Source: an uncultured Oscillospiraceae bacterium (GTDB taxonomy: Bacteria > Bacillota > Clostridia > Christensenellales > Aristaeellaceae). Taken from it: a DNA stretch of 64,000 nt. Positions 37,271 to 44,693 of the stretch are shown here, in pieces; position 1 is the first letter of the stretch; each line of letters opens with the position of its first letter. The position numbers were made by a program, and so were the translations under genes. Location: the NCBI GenBank assembly GCA_964554795.1, contig CAZKQB010000009.1, forward strand, positions 6,719 through 70,718, read 5' to 3'. The notes under the pieces were generated by a model. It searched no databases and was not told the DNA's origin. It saw nothing but the letters and a program-made list of their open reading frames with translations.

Positions 37271-37951
37271 ATGGACGGACTCAAGGTGATCGCGCGCCTT
37301 CGGTGCGATTTTCCGACGAAGTTTGGCCTGCCAAGACAGAGCGGTCTGAACGACGCGCTGAAGGGCAGAATCGTGTTCGAACCGGCGTACCGCAATCCGG
37401 ATGCCGTTCGGGGCATCGAGGCCTATTCGCATTTGTGGCTGATCTGGGGGTTTTCCGTTCCCGAAAGGGAAAATTGGTCGGCGACGGTGCGCCCGCCGCG
37501 GCTGGGCGGAAACGAGCGCGTGGGTGTGTTTGCCACTCGTTCACCGTTTCGTCCGAACCCGCTGGGGCTGACGCTGGCGAGGCTGGAGGGCTTGGGCAGG
37601 CAGGATGGCGCGTGCACGCTGCTCGTGTCCGGAGTAGACATGATGGACGGAACGCCCATCTACGATATTAAGCCCTATCTGCCCTATGCTGACAGCCGAC
37701 AGGATGCCAGCGGCGGCTTTGGCGAGCAAATGAAGGATTATCGCCTGCGCGTAATTGCGGAGGAGGCGTTGCTTTGCCCGATTCCGCCGGAGAAGCGGCC
37801 CGCGTTGCTTGCGGCGCTGGAGGGTGATCCCCGTCCGGCCTATCAGCATGACCCGTCGCGCGTGTACGGATTTTTGTACGCGGGCTTCGACGTGCGGTTC
37901 ACGGTGAACGGAGACGTGCTCACCGTGGTAGAGATTCGTAGACAAATGTGA
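37271..37951 (+). CDS. trmO: tRNA (N6-threonylcarbamoyladenosine(37)-N6)-methyltransferase TrmO (TsaA-like)
   Basis: 226 aa. YSHLWLIWGFS, FATRSPFRPNPLGL and GTPIYDIKPYLPYAD are hallmark TsaA/TrmO motifs. Starts 1 nt after the preceding stop. Confidence 0.85.
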   Translation: MDGLKVIARLRCDFPTKFGLPRQSGLNDALKGRIVFEPAYRNPDAVRGIEAYSHLWLIWGFSVPERENWSATVRPPRLGGNERVGVFATRSPFRPNPLGLTLARLEGLGRQDGACTLLVSGVDMMDGTPIYDIKPYLPYADSRQDASGGFGEQMKDYRLRVIAEEALLCPIPPEKRPALLAALEGDPRPAYQHDPSRVYGFLYAGFDVRFTVNGDVLTVVEIRRQM

Positions 37952-37973
37952 GAAACCATCGCGCAGCCCGACG

Positions 37974-38007
37974 GGCACGTTTGCAGGTGTTTTTCGCCAA
38001 ACGTGCC
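37974..38007 (+). terminator. hairpin after trmO (putative terminator, no U-tract)
   Basis: GGCACGTTTG...CAAACGTGCC, a 10-bp perfect stem 23 nt after the stop. Confidence 0.4.
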
Positions 38008-38185
38008 GCGCTGAAAAATGCGCATCCGAAAGGATGGGGCAGCCCTCGTAAAACGGAATTGCGCCGAGATTGATGATTGATACTGAGACTGCCTGGACAA
38101 GTTTATCCGGGCAGTCCTGCGTAAGCGGAATCGCTACATTTTAGTTCAAGAGGAATAATAAACTTGGAACTGACGGAGATTAGAT

Positions 38186-38827
38186 ATGCTTGAAAAGATG
38201 GCAGATTTTTTTGAAAACAGATTAGACGGATACGATGAACATATGTTGACCAATATTGAGGCAGCATATCCCTTTACGGCGAAGCAGCTACTGACGACTG
38301 AAAACTGCCATATACTGGATTTGGGATGTGGCACAGGATTGGAGTTGGAAGAATACTACCGGCTAAATTCATCCGCCAAGGTAACGGGTATTGATTTGTC
38401 ACAAGGAATGCTATCGGCTCTTAGAAAGAAATTTGCCGATAAAGACATTGCTTTGATTTGCGGTTCCTATTTTGATGTGCCCTTTGGCGTATCCATCTTC
38501 GATTGTGCGGTATCGGTGGAGAGCCTGCACCATTTTACAAAAGAAGAAAAAGTTCCTTTATATACCAAGCTGCATAGGGCATTAAAGGACAATGGATTTT
38601 TTGTACTGACGGACTACTTTTCTTTATCAGATGAAGAAGAACGGATGCACCGACAAAACTTGATTGCATTGAAGGCGGAGCAAGGAATTGCCGATGATGA
38701 GTTTTACCATTACGACACGCCTCTTACTGTGACGCACGAAACAGAAGCACTTCTGGAAGCAGGCTTTTCTTCTGTTGAGGTGATGAATAATTGGGGAGCG
38801 ACTTATACCATAAAAGCAGTTAAGTAA
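38186..38827 (+). CDS. class I SAM-dependent methyltransferase (visibly AT-richer than its neighbours)
   Basis: 213 aa. Motif I ILDLGCGTGLE. GGAG 7 nt upstream. Confidence 0.8.
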   Translation: MLEKMADFFENRLDGYDEHMLTNIEAAYPFTAKQLLTTENCHILDLGCGTGLELEEYYRLNSSAKVTGIDLSQGMLSALRKKFADKDIALICGSYFDVPFGVSIFDCAVSVESLHHFTKEEKVPLYTKLHRALKDNGFFVLTDYFSLSDEEERMHRQNLIALKAEQGIADDEFYHYDTPLTVTHETEALLEAGFSSVEVMNNWGATYTIKAVK

Positions 38828-39062
38828 GTTCTATTATACCGGCGAGAGAAGTAAACAGAAACCATTTGGGAACGAAAGGGCGAGCTTCAGTATTCTCTAT
38901 CGAGAGTCGTATGTCCTGGGGCGCTGCTTAGCTTATGCGCCTCTCTCCTGTGGGCTTGCCGTCAACAAGTTGGAAGAGAAACATAAAATATCCTCTGCAT
39001 GGGTACGATCATGTGGAGGATTTACTGTTTTATGAATCGCATCCTTGGATCGGAAGCGCTTT

Positions 39063-39587
39063 TTACAGGCGTTTGGAAAAGTAAAGCACGAGATCGTCGT
39101 CGTTTTCGCAGGGGGTATAGGGCTCGCATACGTGATCCTGGTACCATACGCCGCTGCCGTCGGGAAGGTAGCCACGCTTGACGTACATGCGCTGGGCAGA
39201 GCCATAGCCGCTGTGCAGGCCCACGCCGAGGTAGACCGTGTCGGCATAGCGGGCAGCAATGGCCTCGGCAGCGTCCATTAACCGGGAGCCGATGCCGCGT
39301 CCGCGATATTTTTCCAGTACGCCGAAATCCACGATTTCCGGAAGCCCCTTTCCGCCGAATGCGCCGGTTTGCGCGTTGGGATAGACGTTGATGTAGCCCG
39401 CTACGTTGCCATGAAAGTCCGCAGCCAGCGCGACGGACCTTCCCGCGTCACGGTCGCGCAGGCGCATGAGGTATTTCTCTGGGGTTGCGCCGAGCCAGCC
39501 CTGTAGCACCTCTTCGCGGGCAAGCGTCTCGGCGTCGGACTCGCAAAGATCGCGAATGGTGACTGAGTCGTCCTGATAATAGATCAT
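39063..39587 (-). CDS. GNAT family N-acetyltransferase
   Basis: 174 aa. Acetyl-CoA motif A LEKYRGRGIGSRLMDAAE. AAGGAGG upstream. Confidence 0.85.
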   Translation of the reverse strand: MIYYQDDSVTIRDLCESDAETLAREEVLQGWLGATPEKYLMRLRDRDAGRSVALAADFHGNVAGYINVYPNAQTGAFGGKGLPEIVDFGVLEKYRGRGIGSRLMDAAEAIAARYADTVYLGVGLHSGYGSAQRMYVKRGYLPDGSGVWYQDHVCEPYTPCENDDDLVLYFSKRL

Positions 39588-39766
39588 GGCAACCTCCTTT
39601 ATTGCATTTATGAAATTATAATATGCATACGGGGCAATGTCAAGGAAAAAACAAAATATTTACGCAGAAAAATGTTACAAAGCCAAGTGTTGCGACATAA
39701 TACAGTGTATGAACTCGACGAAATCATACAGGGATCAACCGATAAAGGAATGAAGGAGGAGAACAA

Positions 39767-40189
39767 ATGAGAATGACGTGGTTTGAAGACGTCGGGATGC
39801 TTGGAGGAGCGCAGACGAGCTGGACGACCACGGCAATACAGAACGGCGGCAGGTCGCATCTGTATCAGAGGTCGTTTGCGAATGAAGCAAGGGTAAGCAT
39901 AACGCAGGAGAAGAGCAAAACGGTTGTTTCGACGAGCATCGGAGATACGAGCCCAGCATGGATTATCGGCTTTACAAGTCTTGTAATTCAGGAGATGAAG
40001 CAGGGAGAATGGTCAACGATTCAGGTGATCAAGGATCAGTTTACCTATCACAGGACCTGCCATTTCTATCGGATAACGCTGCCGAAGAGAGAGTTTGGAG
40101 AATATCGCGCCTTCGCAGATTTCTTCAAGGTTGGAAGCGCAGGGGTTCACAAGGAGCGGGTAGGGAGTTGGGAGAAGCGCCTATTCTGA
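39767..40189 (+). CDS. hypothetical protein (140 aa, no recognisable domain)
   Basis: Strong ribosome-binding site AAGGAGGAGAACAAATG. Predicted beta-rich sequence. No signal peptide and no motif I recognise. Confidence 0.55.
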   Translation: MRMTWFEDVGMLGGAQTSWTTTAIQNGGRSHLYQRSFANEARVSITQEKSKTVVSTSIGDTSPAWIIGFTSLVIQEMKQGEWSTIQVIKDQFTYHRTCHFYRITLPKREFGEYRAFADFFKVGSAGVHKERVGSWEKRLF

Positions 40190-40700
40190 AGCGCGGGATT
40201 TCAAGAGAACAGGCGTACAGGGCTTCTGGGGCCGGAGAAGTGAGGCAAGGAAGCCGAGCGTCTTTCATGAACGAGGAGTGTATTGAAATGCAGCGGATTC
40301 GTCTGCTGCGATCATCTGAATAGAGTTCCGAAGCCGCCGGGCAGGGAAAAGAGCTTCCCACCCGGCGGCGCAGTTGGTCAAATGAGTTTTTGCCAAGCTG
40401 GTGGTAGGAGAGACAGCTCCCCCAACCACGGTCATCCTTGCCAGAGGCGCGGCGCTCGAATTTTCAATTCGATCGTCCACAGTCAGCCGGCAGGCCGACT
40501 TGGAGTCTTCTCGGGCTTCCAAACCCTTTTGCTTAAATCCTTTGGATTCCGGTCGCAAAATCTGCAAGGAAGCGGTTTTCTCAAAGGGAAAATCGCGCGA
40601 ACCCACCGTAGACGCCGCCGGGTTTGATTGGAATCCGAGAGGGCGGTAGCCCTCTCGAGCTCTCGTGCAGGTTTTGGGGGGCCGTTTGACTGAAATCTTC
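40190..40700 (+). ncRNA. candidate large structured RNA of unknown class (strand assignment tentative)
   Basis: About 510 nt, GC-rich, with no credible ORF. Many perfect stems, including a UUCG-capped 8-bp helix (40290-40309) whose G-T pair is only a wobble on the + strand. See findings. Confidence 0.35.
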
Positions 40701-40771
40701 AACCTTTTGAATTTGTGTGGCTTAAGGTACCTTACGCCATTATAAAATATTTACAATCATATACAAGTCCA

Positions 40772-40857
40772 TATCCTCATCGGGAAAGGATAGAATGGAT
40801 ATCGTCTTCACTGAACGCCTCTGTGTTAAACAAAAGGGTTCGGATCCTATCCTCATC
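40772..40857. repeat. 10-nt direct repeat TATCCTCATC (40772-40781 and 40848-40857) in an AT-rich spacer
   Basis: Exact 10-mer repeated 76 nt apart. GATATCG is also repeated (40797, 40860). Confidence 0.6.
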
Positions 40858-40968
40858 CGTGATATCGCATGCAAAAGCGAAAGTTCCTTTCTCTATTGTC
40901 GGTTGCTGGAGGAATGGTAATTGATTCTCTGTCTGTTGGTTGGGAAACAGACAGCTTTAAATCGTTCT

Positions 40969-42099
40969 TTAGCGGTTCCTGCGCCAGCAGTCCATCACGA
41001 TGGCGTTCATGGCGTTCATTTTCCGCTGCATATCCTTTGCCAACGCGATTTGGCAGCGTGTGCGTACCAGGTTATGGGTCGGATACTTGGTTTTGAAGTA
41101 CCGATCGCCTAATATGTAATCGTCCAGAAAGCGCGTTGCGAGCTCGCAGGCCAGCGCGAAACAGCTGACGCCGAATGTCTCAACCTCATTTTCGGTGAGC
41201 GTATTTGCGGTTTGCTTCAGAAATCCCTCGGCGAAGGCCCAATAAATATTCAGGTTTACGCCGGCCTTGCTTGTGTCCGGAGAATCTTCCTCTACGAAAT
41301 TTGCCGCGAAGCGGATTGCGTCGCCGAAGTCGTGACCGATCAGGCCGGGCATGACGGTGTCCAAATCGATGACCACCAGCGGCTTATGGGTTTGCGTGTC
41401 AAACAGCACGTTGTTGATCTTCGTGTCGTTGTGTGTCACGCGCAGCGGCAGCTCTCCGGCGCGGAAACGGTCGGTCAGCACGCAGGCTTTGTCCTCGACG
41501 CCGAGCAACCAGTCCAGCTCTGCGCGTACCTCGGTCGTGCGTCCGCACGGATCGTCTGCTGCATCGGTCTTCAGCTTTTCATAGCGCTTGCGGGTATCGT
41601 GGAAGTCCGGAATCGTGTAGAAAAGCTGCTTGGGGTCAAAGTCCGAAAGTATAGTTTGGAAATCTCCGAAGGCCTCGCCCGCACTGCGAACGATCTCCGG
41701 ATCATCGCAGGTATCGAACGTGACGGACGGCACATAATTGCTCATCCGCCAGAAGCCGTCCTCGTCCATCAGGTAATTCGCGCCGCTTTCCGTGTGGTGG
41801 AAGTGCAGGCACAGGGAGTTTGGATGCTTTTCACGAATGTACTCGGTCACGTGGTCGATGTTCTGCATCAGCTCGATCGGGTGTTGGAAGGCGTAGGTGT
41901 TTACGCGCTGCACCAGATAGGACTTGATTTGGGCCATGCCGGTGCCGTCGTCTCGTATGTAATTCACCTTGTAGGTGTGATTTACGTTGCCTACCTTGAT
42001 TTCCTCATAGGAAAAGAACGGGCCAGGGATTCGAAAGGCTTCGCCCACGCGCAGAAGCTTGCGGGCAATGTCGGGGTTCATGGAAAGCTGCGATAGCAT
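40969..42099 (-). CDS. nahK: N-acetylhexosamine 1-kinase (APH-fold sugar kinase)
   Basis: ORF 40969..42213. ATG at 42099 follows GGAGA. Strong resemblance to Bifidobacterium NahK as I recall it: AGEAFGDFQ, PLRVTHNDTKINNVLFD, IDLDTVMPG, YFKTKYPTHNLVRTRCQI. Confidence 0.8.
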   Translation of the reverse strand: MLSQLSMNPDIARKLLRVGEAFRIPGPFFSYEEIKVGNVNHTYKVNYIRDDGTGMAQIKSYLVQRVNTYAFQHPIELMQNIDHVTEYIREKHPNSLCLHFHHTESGANYLMDEDGFWRMSNYVPSVTFDTCDDPEIVRSAGEAFGDFQTILSDFDPKQLFYTIPDFHDTRKRYEKLKTDAADDPCGRTTEVRAELDWLLGVEDKACVLTDRFRAGELPLRVTHNDTKINNVLFDTQTHKPLVVIDLDTVMPGLIGHDFGDAIRFAANFVEEDSPDTSKAGVNLNIYWAFAEGFLKQTANTLTENEVETFGVSCFALACELATRFLDDYILGDRYFKTKYPTHNLVRTRCQIALAKDMQRKMNAMNAIVMDCWRRNR

Positions 42100-42225
42100 G
42101 AATCTCCATCCTCTCAGGGCACGGCATACCGTACCGATGGTCAGTCCTCCGCACGCCGAAGCGCACGCGCAAGAGCGGAAGGCCGGGAGTGAGCCTCGGT
42201 TCGTTCGGCTCATGGCGTCGAGACC

Positions 42226-42254
42226 ATTATATCATGGAAGTTGCGTCCAGTCAA
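42226..42254 (-). promoter_or_regulatory. nahK promoter
   Basis: On the - strand: TTGACT, 17-nt spacer, TATAAT with a TG extension (TGATATAAT). A ~120-nt leader follows. Confidence 0.6.
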
Positions 42255-42438
42255 CGCTCGCGTGCTGTGGAGCACTTCTCACGGTGTACAAGTGTCCGGC
42301 ATAGGAGACACGTGGGAGGCGGAGATAGTCAAGGGAAGAGATGCAGCTGCGGTTAGCCGTGCGCCGGCTCCTTCACAGTAAACAACTTGACCACCGAATG
42401 CTTTTACGCATTTTGCAAAGAAATCCGCAAAACGGGCG

Positions 42439-42467
42439 TAGACACGGCGGGAGGTATCGAGTAGAAT
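42439..42467 (+). promoter_or_regulatory. putative promoter of the ZIP transporter gene
   Basis: TAGACA, 17-nt spacer, TAGAAT. The leader contains a CGGTGC...GCACCG hairpin. Confidence 0.4.
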
Positions 42468-42537
42468 GTTGCCGGTTAAGCTAAACGAATTGACGGTGCA
42501 TTACATGCGATGGCACCGCAGAGGATGGAGACGGGCG

Positions 42538-43314
42538 ATGGAAACGTTTTATGGAATTCTGATTCCGTTCCTTGGAACGTCGCTGGGCGCGGCGTGTGTA
42601 TTCTTTATGAAAAGGTCGCTGAAAGGCGGAGTTCAGCGTGCACTTACAGGGTTTGCTGCCGGGGTGATGGTGGCGGCCAGCGTCTGGAGCCTATTGATTC
42701 CGGCGATTGAGCAGTCGGCTGATTTGGGCACATGGGCGTTTGCTCCGGCGGTTGCGGGTTTCTGGCTTGGCGTGCTGTTTCTTCTGGCGCTGGATCATTT
42801 GATCCCGCATCTGCATGCGAACAGCGACTGCGCCGAGGGCCCGGAAAGTCGTCTTCAGCGTACGACAAAGATGGTGCTGGCTGTGACGCTACACAACATT
42901 CCTGAGGGAATGGCAGTGGGCGTCGTGTATGCGGGCTATCTTTCTGGGGACGCACAGATTTCAGCAGCGGGGGCATTGGCGTTGTCTCTCGGAATTGCCA
43001 TTCAGAATTTCCCGGAGGGAGCGATTATTTCTCTGCCGCTGCGGGCGGAGGGCAAAGGAAAGGGACGGGCATTTCTAAGCGGCATGCTATCTGGGGTAGT
43101 GGAGCCCATCGGCGCGGTGCTTACGATATTGGCAGCGCAGCTGGTCGTTCCGGTGCTTCCGTATCTTTTGAGCTTTGCGGCGGGCGCGATGCTTTATGTG
43201 GTCGTGGAGGAGCTGATTCCGGAAATGTCCCAAGGCGCGCATTCTAACGTCGGAACGGTGTTCTTCGCCCTTGGCTTCGGCATCATGATGATTCTGGACG
43301 TGGCGCTTGGATAG
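42538..43314 (+). CDS. ZIP family divalent-metal transporter (ZupT-like)
   Basis: ORF 42466..43314. METFYGILIPFLGTSLGA start. HNIPEGMAVG and QNFPEGAIIS motifs. Confidence 0.85.
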   Translation: METFYGILIPFLGTSLGAACVFFMKRSLKGGVQRALTGFAAGVMVAASVWSLLIPAIEQSADLGTWAFAPAVAGFWLGVLFLLALDHLIPHLHANSDCAEGPESRLQRTTKMVLAVTLHNIPEGMAVGVVYAGYLSGDAQISAAGALALSLGIAIQNFPEGAIISLPLRAEGKGKGRAFLSGMLSGVVEPIGAVLTILAAQLVVPVLPYLLSFAAGAMLYVVVEELIPEMSQGAHSNVGTVFFALGFGIMMILDVALG

Positions 43315-43379
43315 CTCTTAGATTCAAGGGAGATTCCATCCGGGTACGGTTTCCTGAATGGAATGCCGGGGCTGTGCGC

Positions 43380-44408
43380 CTAAAGCCGCCGAACGCTCTC
43401 ACGGTAGACGGGCTCGCCGTAGACGACCACTTTGCGCGACTTGCGACCCGGCTTCAGAAGAAGGTCCAACGCCGATTCGACGAGCTCGGCGTGGTCAACC
43501 CGGCAGGTCGTCAGCGGGAAAGGACGATCGGAATCCGAGTATACATCGTCAAAGCCCACAAGTGAAATATCGCCGGGCACGCTCAAGCCGCGTTCTCTGT
43601 AGTATTCCCGGATGCGTGCGGCCGTGAAATCCTCGCCGCATACGATGGCAGTCGGAGCCTGCGCCAGATCGGACAGCGTTTGTTCAAGTAGGCGGCGCTC
43701 GCTTTCCTCGTTCTGTACGTGCACGCGGGCTTCCGAATATGCGTTGGTGCGCGCGGGCAGGCCATGCTCGCACATTGCGCGGCAATAGCCGAACCAGCGA
43801 TCCATATATTTTGACATGTAGTATTTTTCGCCCATGAATAAAATGTCCCGGTGTCCCATCTGAAGCAGATGCTTCGTCATTACATAGCCCGCGTACGTGT
43901 CGTCTGCGGTCACGCTGTCGGCATTCAGGCCATCAATGTGACTGTGAAGTGTGATTATATGGCAGCCGGTTTCCGCCAGACGACGCATATATGCCTCCTC
44001 AATGCAGCCCAGCGTCATGATGCCGGCCGGCTGCATCAGCGACAGTGCGCCCGGCATAACAAGCCTTTTCTCATCCTCTTGGCTTACGATGTTGAACGCA
44101 GTGACGTAGCTGCGTGCCTGCGCGCTCTTTTGAAGCTGCAGATACAGTCGTGGAATCAAGCCTGCCGCCGCATGCGCTCCGGCCACGGGAGCTCCCACGG
44201 ATTGCGCCACCAGCACAAGAATATATTTAACTCCTGCACCCTGTACATCTGCCGAGCGTTTTTCGTAATTCAGGCTTTCGGCCAGCCGCAGTACCCGCGC
44301 GCGTACGGCGTCGCTCACGCCCGGCCGGCCGCGCAGAACTACGCTTACCGTGTTGCGGGAAACTCCGGCTGCCTTCGCAATGTCCTCAAGTGTGATTTTC
44401 CTGTCCAC
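43380..44408 (-). CDS. LacI family transcriptional regulator
   Basis: 342 aa. N-terminal HTH ITLEDIAKAAGVSRNTVSVVLRG followed by a periplasmic-binding-protein-like sugar-binding core. Confidence 0.9.
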   Translation of the reverse strand: MDRKITLEDIAKAAGVSRNTVSVVLRGRPGVSDAVRARVLRLAESLNYEKRSADVQGAGVKYILVLVAQSVGAPVAGAHAAAGLIPRLYLQLQKSAQARSYVTAFNIVSQEDEKRLVMPGALSLMQPAGIMTLGCIEEAYMRRLAETGCHIITLHSHIDGLNADSVTADDTYAGYVMTKHLLQMGHRDILFMGEKYYMSKYMDRWFGYCRAMCEHGLPARTNAYSEARVHVQNEESERRLLEQTLSDLAQAPTAIVCGEDFTAARIREYYRERGLSVPGDISLVGFDDVYSDSDRPFPLTTCRVDHAELVESALDLLLKPGRKSRKVVVYGEPVYRESVRRL

Positions 44409-44457
44409 ACTGCTGCCTCTTTCTATTCTTTGTTGCCCTTTGAGTATAGCATGAAAA

Positions 44458-44525
44458 CGTTATAACGGTATGAAATGAAGGGTGATTTTGACATATTTCA
44501 TATTTATAACGTGAATTAATGTTAT
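44458..44525. promoter_or_regulatory. nested inverted repeats in the LacI/610-aa divergent region (candidate operators)
   Basis: CGTTAT..TATGAAA (44458-44476) mirrors TTTCATA..ATAACG (44496-44511). An adjacent 20-bp near-palindrome is ATAACGTGAATTAATGTTAT (44506-44525). Confidence 0.45.
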
Positions 44526-44614
44526 TTTTAAAGTAGATATATCGGCGATTATCCTCGGCTCATTCGTTTAATTTCGGTAGAATAGATGTTTTTAACGGGA
44601 GTATCTCGCATAAA

Positions 44615-44643
44615 TTGACATTTGCGGTGGAAAATGCTATCAT
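44615..44643 (+). promoter_or_regulatory. promoter of the 610-aa/GH105 genes
   Basis: TTGACA, 17-nt spacer, TATCAT with a TG extension (TGCTATCAT). Confidence 0.55.
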
Positions 44644-44693
44644 ATCTGTAATGTAATTTTTCATGTAATACATGGCATATGGAGGTTTGAAGC

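Noticed and set aside
40190-40700. Assignment of the structured segment to tmRNA, RNase P, SRP, 6S, an L-box (AGAGGCGC at about 40443) or a T-box, or to a decayed lnp-operon gene downstream of nahK
   Set aside because: The diagnostic motifs are absent or out of order on both strands: GGAAAGTCC, the tag reading frame plus a T-arm/CCA end, the GGAA-capped SRP helix 8, and GCCGAAG after the L-box start. The six-frame translations show no GalT/GalE-like peptide stretches. It is therefore kept as unknown class rather than named.
40195-40700. Possible MITE-like element: GATTTCA near the left end, inverted near the right end
   Set aside because: Only a 7-nt inverted match with poor extension. No target-site duplication is visible, so it is within chance expectation.
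40723-40734. Perfect 12-nt palindrome TAAGGTACCTTA as a stand-alone regulatory site
   Set aside because: It is a single occurrence in AT-rich DNA and cannot be distinguished from chance without conservation data. It is mentioned only as part of the spacer finding.
42468-42537. Zur box or metal riboswitch in the ZIP transporter leader
   Set aside because: Only a generic 6-bp hairpin is present. There is no AT-rich Zur-type palindrome and no recognisable czcD/NiCo or Mn-riboswitch motifs.
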